Shown: positions 51,583 to 60,659 of the stretch, piece by piece
Position numbering within the stretch: position 1 is the first letter of the stretch
Layout: every line of letters starts with the position of its first letter
From: Acidobacteriaceae bacterium
GTDB taxonomy: Bacteria; Acidobacteriota; Terriglobia; Terriglobales; Acidobacteriaceae
Reading direction: 5' to 3'
Assembly: GCA_003138975.1 (NCBI GenBank)
Contig: PLHQ01000088.1
Location: 1,272-65,271, forward strand
DNA: 64,000 nucleotides
Position numbers and translations under genes: made by a program
Notes under the pieces: model-generated
Database searches by the model: none
What the model saw: only the letters and a program-made list of their open reading frames with translations
Told to the model about the DNA's origin: nothing

Positions 51583-51687
51583 GGGTGGCGCAGCGCTTTC
51601 AGCGCAGCGATGAAGCGTGTAGTACCGTGGAAGAGCGGCGCTTCAGCGCCGCGTAAAAAGCCCAAAATCAGCGCGGGCTTTAGCCCG
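51583..51687. repeat. Composite REP-like hairpin cluster
   Basis: gcagcgctttcagcgcagc, gcggcgcttcagcgccgc, cgggctttagcccg. Confidence 0.65.
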
Positions 51688-51712
51688 TGCATCTGCCAAC
51701 GACAACCATTCC

Positions 51713-52561
51713 TTAGTACTTGTAAAATCCCCGCCCGCTCTTGCGTCCCAGCCAGCCAGCATCCACCATCTTGATCAGCAGTGGACACGGCCGGTACTTC
51801 GGATCGCCCAACCCATCCAGCATCACCCGCATAATGTCGAGGCAAACGTCGAGCCCGATAAAATCGGCGAGCGTCAGCGGTCCCATGGGATGTGCCATGC
51901 CCAGCTTGAAAATTTCGTCGACCGCCTCCGGCGTGGCCACACCCTCCATCACGGTATACATGGCTTCATTTAGCAACGGCATCAGCACGCGGTTGGAGAC
52001 GAATCCCGGCGCATCGTTCACCTCCACCGTCGTCTTGTCGAGCTTAATCGACAAATCGCGCACCGTAGTGAAGGTTTCCTGTGAAGTAGCCAGCCCGCGG
52101 ATCACTTCCACCAATTTCATTACCAGCACAGGATTGAAGAAGTGCATCCCAATCACTTTGTCGGGACGTTTGGTAAGCGCCCCGAGCTTCGTGATTGAGA
52201 TCGACGAAGTGTTCGAAGACAGGATGACCTCCGGCCGCGCCAGCCGGTCGAGATCGCGAAAAATCTCCGCCTTGATTTCGAACTTCTCCGTAGCCGCCTC
52301 CACGATGAAGTCGCAGTCCGCCAGCTTGCCGCGCTCCGTCACCGGTTCGATCTTCTTCAATGCGGACGCCTTATCCTCGGCCGTGATCTTGTTCTTCGCA
52401 ACCTCACGATCGAGATTCTTCGTGATCGTCGCCAGCCCACGATCCAGAAACCGCTGCTCCACGTCGCACAAAATCACCGAATAACCGCCACGCGCAAACA
52501 CGTGGGCGATGCCATTGCCCATCGTCCCCGCGCCAAGCACGCCGACCCGCCTTATATCCAT
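51713..52561 (-). CDS. hbd: 3-hydroxybutyryl-CoA dehydrogenase (copy 2)
   Basis: GAGTMGNGIA, SNTSSISI, MHFFNPV, HPMGPL. Confidence 0.93.
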   Translation of the reverse strand: MDIRRVGVLGAGTMGNGIAHVFARGGYSVILCDVEQRFLDRGLATITKNLDREVAKNKITAEDKASALKKIEPVTERGKLADCDFIVEAATEKFEIKAEIFRDLDRLARPEVILSSNTSSISITKLGALTKRPDKVIGMHFFNPVLVMKLVEVIRGLATSQETFTTVRDLSIKLDKTTVEVNDAPGFVSNRVLMPLLNEAMYTVMEGVATPEAVDEIFKLGMAHPMGPLTLADFIGLDVCLDIMRVMLDGLGDPKYRPCPLLIKMVDAGWLGRKSGRGFYKY

Positions 52562-52627
52562 AAGCCCACCCTTAGGAAAACGTTCGAGTCTACCACCAGC
52601 AGGCATCCGCGTTCGTATCTTTCGCGG

Positions 52628-54256
52628 TTAATGACTTTCGGATCTCGCAGGATTGTGCAGCAGACCGAAAACTCCCACCCCGTCGGTTGTTCCAACATAG
52701 ACCTTTCCCTGAGCGATCATGGGCGTGATGAACTTGTTTCCTGCACCGAAGTGGTCTCTTCCCGAAGCTGCTTCGTTGCTGTTGTACAGTTCATTCGCCA
52801 AGTCGTTCGCATCGTAGGCGTGTAGCACCGCCTGCTGGCCATTTTCAGAGGCCCAGACGATCCCGTTGCGCGATCCGTGCGCCGAAACACTGGGCATTGC
52901 GCCTGGATAACCGAATTGTGCAGCCGTGATAGAAACAGGTTCCGCGCGGAGCCGGGCGTCAATGAAGCGAAATTCGCGCATGCTGTCGTTGACCGATCCA
53001 AAATACAGCCGCCTGTCAAAATACGCGGGTGCGCCGCGAAAACGCTCGCCCTTCAGCGCCTTGAGAAGTTCCTGATAAATGTTCTGATTCCCCTGCGGAT
53101 TGAACTTCCCCATGGCCTCACGATTCACCAGATAGATATTTCGATCCTTTCCCGATCCCACGGCTAGCCGCCGGGTTTTTCCCGACGCGTCTGTCATGTC
53201 GGGTAGCACGACGGGGCCGCCAGCGCCGAGGTCATCATCCGCGGCATTTTCAGCGTCAACGTTAAACATCGTGAAGTAATCGGCAACCAAGAGCTTGCCG
53301 CTGGCAGGCGAAATCTTCAGAAATGAGTTTCCAAAATCGCCACGTGACGGAAATCCGTCGGCGTTCAGCGTTGTATCGAAGGTTCCATTCGCGGCCATCA
53401 AATAGATGTTGCCTTGGTCATCCGCGGCCGGTCCTGCGCCGCTCTGCCAGACTGCGCCTTCTTCACCGTCCGGAGTCAGGTTGAGCACGGCTGTCTGCTT
53501 CAGTGTTTCCGCGCTGTAGCCGATAATCCATCCGTGGTATGGGTTGATGTCGCAATGCGAAGCCCAAGTGGTGTAGACCACGCCGTTGAGCAACAGAAGT
53601 GCGGCCCGCTCCTCGTATTGTTTCGGATCGAAAATCTCAGTGCCATCGCGGCTTGCCGCTCCGGCTCCGGGAAATGTGGCTTTAATTTCCACTGGCCCTC
53701 CGAACTCTTCGCTTCCATTTCGGAGATCAAGCGCATGCAGTCTCTGCAGATAGCGGCCGCCCTGAACTTTGCTCATCGAGACCAGGTAGATCGTGCCGTG
53801 CGGACTCCGCTTGCGATCGATGACCGGCGTAGATGTGATTCCGATTTCTGGGATTACCTGTGAGCAGCCGCGATCATCCGACGTGGTTTCACCGGGCCGC
53901 AGCAGCCGAACGTGCCAGAATTCTTTCGCCGTATCCGCATCGAATGCATAGACACTGTCATGCTCTGTGGCAACGAACAGAACATTCTTTAATCCTTGAT
54001 TCGGGATTTCCAGCCTCTCGGCATAAAGAGGCTCCGCATCCACCTTGCCGTCCACGCGAATGATGAACAGCTTGCCAAACGTCCTCGGATTTACATTCTG
54101 CAATGTGAGGATTTTTTCCTTGAGGTTCTGTCCGGTCCGCGCATTGTCGTTATGCCAGGTCAGAACATCTTGTGCCGCCGACAGGTGGCACATGCAAAGA
54201 GCAACAGCAGCCAGGGTGGGCCTAGCTAAGAGCGTCTTTCTTGGAAGGCATTTCAT
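52628..54256 (-). CDS. Secreted PQQ-like beta-propeller protein
   Basis: HNDNARTG, GITSTPVID, KFITPMIAQGKVYVGT. Confidence 0.8.
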   Translation of the reverse strand: MKCLPRKTLLARPTLAAVALCMCHLSAAQDVLTWHNDNARTGQNLKEKILTLQNVNPRTFGKLFIIRVDGKVDAEPLYAERLEIPNQGLKNVLFVATEHDSVYAFDADTAKEFWHVRLLRPGETTSDDRGCSQVIPEIGITSTPVIDRKRSPHGTIYLVSMSKVQGGRYLQRLHALDLRNGSEEFGGPVEIKATFPGAGAASRDGTEIFDPKQYEERAALLLLNGVVYTTWASHCDINPYHGWIIGYSAETLKQTAVLNLTPDGEEGAVWQSGAGPAADDQGNIYLMAANGTFDTTLNADGFPSRGDFGNSFLKISPASGKLLVADYFTMFNVDAENAADDDLGAGGPVVLPDMTDASGKTRRLAVGSGKDRNIYLVNREAMGKFNPQGNQNIYQELLKALKGERFRGAPAYFDRRLYFGSVNDSMREFRFIDARLRAEPVSITAAQFGYPGAMPSVSAHGSRNGIVWASENGQQAVLHAYDANDLANELYNSNEAASGRDHFGAGNKFITPMIAQGKVYVGTTDGVGVFGLLHNPARSESH

Positions 54257-54422
54257 GAATTACCTCCGAATGATCCGAAATGAGCTCATTGCGAATTTGC
54301 CGGCCATAGCTTTTGACGTGCGGAATCGAGGTTCGGTTTCCGATGCTACAATTAAAAGACGGACCAACAGAAAGTCGATCGATCCAATTCTGGACCTGGA
54401 TTCGTCTCAAGGAGCGTCCCCC

Positions 54423-56021
54423 ATGGCAACCCTAGAAGCCCCCGTCCGGCCGCGCACTACATCCTCCCATCAAGGCCCTTTTATCAACGAACCCTTTTAC
54501 GACTTCCGCCACGAAGACAACGCCCGCAAGATGCGCGCCGCCATCGAACGAGTGCGCGGACAACTCGGCCGCGAGTATGACCTCATCATCGGCGGCCAAC
54601 GCGTCAAGACAGCAGACAAGATCAAGTCCCTGAACCCCTCGCGCCCGTCGCAAATCGTTGGCATTCATCAGAAAGCGGGCAAAGAGCACGTAGAACCGGC
54701 AATGAAAGCCGCGCTGAAGGCCTTCGCGACCTGGAGCCGCACCCCCGTCGAAGAGCGCGCCGGCGTGCTGTTCCGCGCCGCCGACCTGCTGCGCCAGCGC
54801 AAAATGGATTACATGGCCTGGCTGGTTTTCGAAGTCAGCAAGAACTGGGCCGAAGCCGATGCCGACATTTCCGAGGCCATCGACTTCTGCGAATTCTATG
54901 CCCGTGAAGCTCTCCGATTTGCCAGAACTGAACCGCCCGTGCAGATGCCCGGCGAACGCGATACCCTCACCTATATCCCGCTAGGCGTGGGCGCCGTGAT
55001 TCCTCCGTGGAACTTCCCCTGCGCCATCATGGCGGGCATGACCCTGGCATCGATCGTCAGTGGTAACACAGTCATCTTGAAGCCCTCCAGCGATTCGCCG
55101 ACCATCGCCGCCAAGTTCATCGAACTTCTTGAAGAAGCCGGCATGCCCGAAGGCGTAGTGAACTTCTGTCCTGGCGCCGGCGCCCGCTTCGGCGATGCTA
55201 TCGTCGCGCATCCCAAAACGCGCTACGTCGCTTTCACCGGCTCTCGCGAAGTCGGACTCCACATTAACAAAGCTGCCGCCACGCAGGCTTCCGGCCAAAT
55301 CTGGATCAAGCGCACCATCCTTGAAATGGGCGGCAAGGACGCCATCATCGTCGACGCCGATGCCGACATCGACTCCGCCGTCGAAGGCGTAGCGCAAGCC
55401 GCGTTCGGCTTTCAGGGTCAGAAGTGCTCGGCCTGCTCCCGCGCGATAGTCGATGAACGCGTCTACGATAAGTTCCTCGAACAACTCAAATCTCGCGTCG
55501 AAAAGATAACCGTCGGCGATCCAGCGGAAAACGCCAACATGGGCGCCGTGATCAACGAAGGTTCGATGAAAACGATTCTCGAATACATCGAGCAGGGCAA
55601 GAAAGATGGGCGCGTCCTCACCGGCGGCGAGCGCGCCACCGAAGCCGGAGAAGGCTACTACATTAGGCCTACGGTAATCGCCGATATTCCCGCCAAGTCC
55701 AAACTCGAGCAAGAAGAAATCTTCGGGCCGGTTCTGGTTGTCATCAAAGCTCGCGGCTTCGACCATGCCCTCGAAATTGCCAACGACACCGAGTTCGGCC
55801 TTACCGGCGCCATTTATACCAAGTCGCGCGACAAGATCGATCGCGCCACCCGCGAGTTCCACGTCGGCAACCTGTACATCAACCGCAAGTGCACGGGAGC
55901 GATGGTCGGCGCTCATCCCTTCGGCGGCTTCAACATGTCCGGAACCGACTCCAAATCCGGCGGCCCGGATTATCTATATTTATTTACACAAGCGAAGTCG
56001 GTCGCCGAGAAGGTTGGGTAA
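54423..56021 (+). CDS. pruA: L-glutamate gamma-semialdehyde (P5C) dehydrogenase
   Basis: FINEP, PPWNFP, EMGGK, GQKCSACSR, EEIFGP, GGPDYL. Confidence 0.93.
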   Translation: MATLEAPVRPRTTSSHQGPFINEPFYDFRHEDNARKMRAAIERVRGQLGREYDLIIGGQRVKTADKIKSLNPSRPSQIVGIHQKAGKEHVEPAMKAALKAFATWSRTPVEERAGVLFRAADLLRQRKMDYMAWLVFEVSKNWAEADADISEAIDFCEFYAREALRFARTEPPVQMPGERDTLTYIPLGVGAVIPPWNFPCAIMAGMTLASIVSGNTVILKPSSDSPTIAAKFIELLEEAGMPEGVVNFCPGAGARFGDAIVAHPKTRYVAFTGSREVGLHINKAAATQASGQIWIKRTILEMGGKDAIIVDADADIDSAVEGVAQAAFGFQGQKCSACSRAIVDERVYDKFLEQLKSRVEKITVGDPAENANMGAVINEGSMKTILEYIEQGKKDGRVLTGGERATEAGEGYYIRPTVIADIPAKSKLEQEEIFGPVLVVIKARGFDHALEIANDTEFGLTGAIYTKSRDKIDRATREFHVGNLYINRKCTGAMVGAHPFGGFNMSGTDSKSGGPDYLYLFTQAKSVAEKVG

Positions 56022-56225
56022 TTCTTTTTCCTTCCCCTCCAACTAAAGACGGCGTGCGATAAGAAATCAGCCGGCCGCGAGGAACCTTATTCGTCTCTCC
56101 CGGACAACGGTGGTTTGTGACAAAATCAACCAAGTCGAAATTCCGGTTAGGCCGAGCCTTTGTGTCCGCCGAAACCTTGGGTCGAGTTCCGTTTGCAGTT
56201 CGATTTTCGCTTTGACGGAGGTCCC

Positions 56226-56677
56226 ATGTTGTACATCCTGCGCCTGACCAATGGAGATTGCGTCATCACCCTGGCTGCCGACGAGCGCAGCGCGCACGAA
56301 ACCGCAAAGAAGCTCAGTCAGGATGAAGCGGCTGACGTGGCAACTGTGCGGCGTCTAGTCTAGGCTAGCTAGCAGGCTTCGGAGTTCAGTTCTCCCCCAC
56401 GGAAGACGGAAGCCTGGAAGTGGCGCACTGGGATGATGCTACCTTGGACGACATTCTCGAAAGTGAATATCCGCAACTGAACGAAGCCTATCGCCGGGCC
56501 AACGCCGAGCCTTTTCTAAAGGCATCCGATCAGAAAGAACCGGTCCTCTAGCAGTTGAAAGCAGCGCACGACCTGAACACGGAGATGATTCGCGAGGGCC
56601 TTCGACTCGAGCGAGGTAGATTCAACCGCTCTCGACAGGCCGCTCATCTGAAATCAGTTTCCCGGAAAGTCAGATAG
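56226..56677 (+). pseudogene. Disrupted hypothetical gene (~145 codons)
   Basis: GGAGGT then ATG at 56226; frame broken by a CTAG cluster at 56355-56372; further in-frame TAG at 56549-56551. Confidence 0.65.
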
Positions 56678-57719
56678 CATCTTTCTCCGGCGTAGGGATG
56701 GGCCCCGGATTCCGCTCCACAAATTGCCGCTGGTGCCAATAGGGATAAACCGGCGTCACCTCGCTCGCGCCATCTAACTTGGCAACCTGCTCGCGGGAAA
56801 GATTCCATCCCGCCGCTCCCAAATTCTGCCGCAGCTGTTCTTCGTTCCGTGCCCCGAAGATCACGGTCGAAACCGAGGGCCGTTGCAACAGCCAGTTCAG
56901 CGCCACTTGCGGCACAGTCTTTCCCGTCTCTTTGGCAACCTCGTCCAAGGCATCAACCACCTTGTACAGATACTCCTCTGACACTTGCGGTCCATAGTCG
57001 GCAGTTTTGTGCAACCGGCTCTCCGCCGGCAACGGCTTTCCCCGCCGGATCTTCCCAGTCAACCGTCCCCACCCCAGTGGACTCCACACCAGCGCGCCCA
57101 CTCCCTGATCCAAAGCCATCGGCATCAGTTCCCACTCATACTCTCTGCCCACCAGCGAGTAATACACCTGATGACCCGCATACCGCGCCCAGCCGTACCG
57201 GTCAGCCACGCTCAAAGACTTCATCAAATGCCAGCCGGAAAAATTGGAGCACGCAATATATCTGACCTTCCCGCTCACCACCAGTTGGTTCAGCGTACTG
57301 AGAACTTCCTCGGCCGGGGTCAGGGCGTCAAACCCGTGCAGATGATAGATATCGATATAGCCGGTGCCCAGCCTGCGCAAGCTCGCCTCGCAAGCCCGGA
57401 TCAAATGATGCCGCGACGATCCCAGATCGTTCGGCCCCGGCCCCATGCGGAACGTCGCCTTAGTCGAGATCAATACCTCATCCCGTCGGCCGGCAATTGC
57501 CTTCCCCAGAATCGTTTCGGAAAGCCCGTCCGAGTAAACGTCGGCGGTATCGAAGAGATTGACGCCCGCTTCCAGGCAAATATCTACAAGATGCGTAGCC
57601 TCGGCCACATCGCTCGCGCCCCACGCGCGAAAAAACTCGTTTCCCCCACCAAACGTTCCCGTACCAAAACTCAAGGCGGGTACCTTTAAACCAGAGCGTC
57701 CCAGCGTTCGAAATTCCAT
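56670..57719 (-). CDS. Aldo/keto reductase
   Basis: FDTADVYS, ISTK, DIYHLH, WSPLGWG. Confidence 0.93.
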   Translation of the reverse strand: MEFRTLGRSGLKVPALSFGTGTFGGGNEFFRAWGASDVAEATHLVDICLEAGVNLFDTADVYSDGLSETILGKAIAGRRDEVLISTKATFRMGPGPNDLGSSRHHLIRACEASLRRLGTGYIDIYHLHGFDALTPAEEVLSTLNQLVVSGKVRYIACSNFSGWHLMKSLSVADRYGWARYAGHQVYYSLVGREYEWELMPMALDQGVGALVWSPLGWGRLTGKIRRGKPLPAESRLHKTADYGPQVSEEYLYKVVDALDEVAKETGKTVPQVALNWLLQRPSVSTVIFGARNEEQLRQNLGAAGWNLSREQVAKLDGASEVTPVYPYWHQRQFVERNPGPIPTPEKDAI

Positions 57720-57777
57720 CCAGCAGTAGATGCCGCACACAAAGGAACGATGCTCTCAAAACAATTACCCACAAAAC

Positions 57778-57806
57778 AAAAAGGCCGCCCGATGGGCGGC
57801 CCGTTT
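57778..57806 (-). terminator. Intrinsic terminator (possibly bidirectional)
   Basis: aaaaa-ggccgccc-gat-gggcggcc-gtttt. Confidence 0.8.
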
Positions 57807-57832
57807 TCAAATCAATGTGTTCCAGGAAAAAT

Positions 57833-58507
57833 CTACGGCATTGCTCCAGCCGGAGTTTGCGGTGCCGGCCCTGCCGTGGTCGCTGCCGCCGCCTCATTCA
57901 AAATCCGGTGGTGGATGGTGAACAGCGCCAGTTCCAACCGGTCCGAGACGCCGATCTTGTCATACACATTGCGCAGATAATTCTTGATCACCTGCTCCGT
58001 CGTTCCCAGCTGCGTGGCAATCTCCTTATTCTTATAGCCCTGCACGATCAGCGCCACAATCCGCAACTCCTTCGCCGTCAGGCGATCGCGCACACGCAAG
58101 CCCACCATATCGTTTTCGGTAAGCTCGCTGGGCACCGCGACATCCTGCACCCACGTCTCCCCGCGTGCCACCTTGCGCACGCAGTCCACAAGGGCCGCGC
58201 TGGTCACATTGCGGTAGACCACGCCGTGTGCGCCGTTCGCCATATGCCGCTGTGCACTTTCGCCCGTATCAGCCAGCACCACAATGCGCGTCTTCGCCTT
58301 ATTGGCGCCCTGCACGATGGCGGCAAAATCATTGTGAAAGCCCGCCGCCACCACCAGCACCGCGGCACGAAATTTGTCCAGAGCCATGAACATCTGCTCC
58401 GGTGTCTGGGCCTGCGCCACGATGCGCATCTCGTCTTCCACCGCCAGCACCTTGGCAATGCCGGCGCGGAAGATTGCCTGGTTATCGGCCAGAATCAGTT
58501 TGAGCAT
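57833..58507 (-). CDS. NarL/LuxR-type regulator with atypical receiver domain
   Basis: LILADNQAIFRAG; VLVVAAG has no phospho-acceptor Asp; LTAKELRI...NKEIA...IKNYLRNVYDKIG. Confidence 0.9.
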   Translation of the reverse strand: MLKLILADNQAIFRAGIAKVLAVEDEMRIVAQAQTPEQMFMALDKFRAAVLVVAAGFHNDFAAIVQGANKAKTRIVVLADTGESAQRHMANGAHGVVYRNVTSAALVDCVRKVARGETWVQDVAVPSELTENDMVGLRVRDRLTAKELRIVALIVQGYKNKEIATQLGTTEQVIKNYLRNVYDKIGVSDRLELALFTIHHRILNEAAAATTAGPAPQTPAGAMP

Positions 58508-58533
58508 GTTATTGGCGCTCCACAATTCAGTAA

Positions 58534-58639
58534 TGTCATCCCGAGCAGGCGTTCTTTGCGCCGCGAGGGATCTGCGCGAGCCGCGCGAAGCATCGCGCTC
58601 CTTGCAATGCAATAATCGCGCCTTTGGCTCGCTTCCTTA
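58534..58639. repeat. ~108-bp structured intergenic element, copy B
   Basis: Homologous to 18144-18252. Confidence 0.8.
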
Positions 58640-58661
58640 TCAAACTTCACTACTCCAAAAC

Positions 58662-58985
58662 TTAAGAGTTCCTCACAAACTCGTATGAGTCGATCACGCA
58701 AGCCACACCCTTGCCCTCTTCGCTGGCTCCCGTGGGATCGGTGCGCACCACGCGCCCCTTGCATTGAATCACCACATTCTCCTGCCCCCCGGTTACATCC
58801 GGTGGCAGTGTGATCTCAAACTCCACCGGAGACCCAACCTCCAGCGACGCGTCAGCACGAATATAAACTCCCGCCGCGCTCAGATTTCCCGTCGTCCCCT
58901 TCGCGTCGCCGCTGGGGGCATCGCTATGCAGCTTGATCGGCAATTCCAGCGGAAACCTTTTTCCGGTCCGTGCTTCTTCGGACAC
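58662..58985 (-). CDS. Stand-alone PilZ domain protein
   Basis: RTGKR (RxxxR) and NLSAAG ([D/N]xSxxG), GRVVR. Confidence 0.88.
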   Translation of the reverse strand: MSEEARTGKRFPLELPIKLHSDAPSGDAKGTTGNLSAAGVYIRADASLEVGSPVEFEITLPPDVTGGQENVVIQCKGRVVRTDPTGASEEGKGVACVIDSYEFVRNS

Positions 58986-59172
58986 AGTCCCTCCTCTTTC
59001 GTGGCTTGGTCCTTCTCTCTCGGCGAACGAGGCCAATACCATCAAATACGCTCCTGGCACGCAGATCAACCACTTTATGGCTTAGGGGCGGTTATATCAC
59101 GGATGGCCACTCTATAAAAGCCTGATAACGAGTTAGTTAAGGGTAGAACCTAGATTCCCCCTTTGCCCTCGT

Positions 59173-59245
59173 GTAGGGCGGACACTCCCTTCCACAAGCT
59201 CAGGGCAAGTTCAGTCCGCTGCCTTTGACCTTGCCCTTGAAGTTG
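59173..59245. repeat. GTAG-type REP with a nested repeat
   Basis: gtagggcggac...gtccgc enclosing cccttccacaagctcagggcaag. Confidence 0.5.
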
Positions 59246-59316
59246 AGCTAGCCGGGCCCTCGCGATGGCCCGGAATCCCTGCATGTTTGCTATGATGTGC
59301 CGCCGGGTAAACGAGC

Positions 59317-60360
59317 ATGACTCAACGATCAAAGAAATCGCCGAACAAACTCCTGCAAGGCAAGATCGCCCTGGTAGCCGGAGCCACACGCGGCGCCGGC
59401 CGTGGCATCGCTATCGCTCTCGGCGAAGCCGGCGCCACCGTCTACTGCACCGGCCGCAGTTCAAGAAAAAATTTGCAAAAACGCCCCGCCACACCAGGCC
59501 TGCGCGAAACCATCGAAGAAACCGCCGAACTGGTCACTGCCGCCGGCGGCCATGGCATTGCCGTAAGAGTGGATCACGAAGTTCCTGCCGAGGTAAGAAA
59601 GCTCGTCGCGCTTATCAAACGCCGGCACAAGGGCCTCGACATCCTCGTCAACGACGTCTGGGGCGGCGACGCCCTCACCGAATGGAGCAAACCGTTCTGG
59701 ACCGTCAACCTCGAGAACGGCCTGCACATGCTCAAGCAGGCCCTCCATTCCCATATCATCACTTCCCACTACGCCGTTCCGCTAATGCTGGGACGAAGCC
59801 GGCCCGGTCGCAACCACGGAATCATTTTCGAGATTACCGATGGCGACGCCTTCTACTACCGCGGAAATCTCTTCTACGACCTGGTCAAGATTTCCGTCAT
59901 CCGCCTGGCCTTCGCCATGGCCCGCGAACTGCGCAAACGTGACATCGCTTCCGTCGCACTGACTCCCGGATTCTTACGTTCTGAAAGAGTGCTCGAACAT
60001 TTCAAAGTCTCCGAAGCTAATTGGAAGGATGTCGGGAAGAAGAACAAGAATAAAGATCAGAACAGCAAAGACCAGAACGACGCCCCCAACGATTTCATGG
60101 TCTCAGAATCGCCGCGCTACATAGGCCGCGCCGTAGTAGCGCTCGCCACCGATCCCAAAGTTATGAATAAGACCGGACGCGTCTTCAGCTCCTGGGCCCT
60201 CGCCCGCGAATACGGATTCACCGACCTCGACGGCACCCAGCCCCACTGGGGCAACTACGCCCGCAAGAAATACGGCAAATACAAAATCTGTGACGACCAT
60301 TTCTATTCCTACTGGGTTCCCGGCCTGATAGAACTGATCTTCCCCGACTGGTTTTCGTGA
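59317..60360 (+). CDS. SDR family oxidoreductase
   Basis: GATRGAGRGIA, DILVND, YDLVK (YxxxK). Confidence 0.9.
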   Translation: MTQRSKKSPNKLLQGKIALVAGATRGAGRGIAIALGEAGATVYCTGRSSRKNLQKRPATPGLRETIEETAELVTAAGGHGIAVRVDHEVPAEVRKLVALIKRRHKGLDILVNDVWGGDALTEWSKPFWTVNLENGLHMLKQALHSHIITSHYAVPLMLGRSRPGRNHGIIFEITDGDAFYYRGNLFYDLVKISVIRLAFAMARELRKRDIASVALTPGFLRSERVLEHFKVSEANWKDVGKKNKNKDQNSKDQNDAPNDFMVSESPRYIGRAVVALATDPKVMNKTGRVFSSWALAREYGFTDLDGTQPHWGNYARKKYGKYKICDDHFYSYWVPGLIELIFPDWFS

Positions 60361-60405
60361 TCTGCTCGAGGGAGCCACGTTTGAAATCGACAGTTTCATC
60401 CCGGT

Positions 60406-60536
60406 AGGCGTCATCCGAGCGCAGCCGCTTTTCAGGTGGAGCGAAGGATCTCGCGCGCGGACTGTCGGGCGCAGTGCAAGCTCGCACCGCGAGATCCCTC
60501 ACCCGGCTGAACTACGCCGGGTTCTGGATGACGCCT
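60406..60536. repeat. REP/REPIN-like element with 11-bp terminal inverted repeats
   Basis: aggcgtcatcc...ggatgacgcct; internal gatctcgcg/cgcgagatc stem. Confidence 0.75.
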
Positions 60537-60659
60537 CCGGACAAAACCGAGGATCCAAGCTGCAGCCTCCACGCACCTGACCCCGCTTTACTTTGCAACC
60601 GAACCGCGCGTGGTACCGTCAGATGAGTGTTCTTTCTTCTTTCCCAGGAGAGCTAACTC

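Noticed and set aside
56549..56551. Pyrrolysine or readthrough TAG
   Set aside because: The gene is already frameshifted upstream and no pyl genes are seen; decay is the simpler explanation
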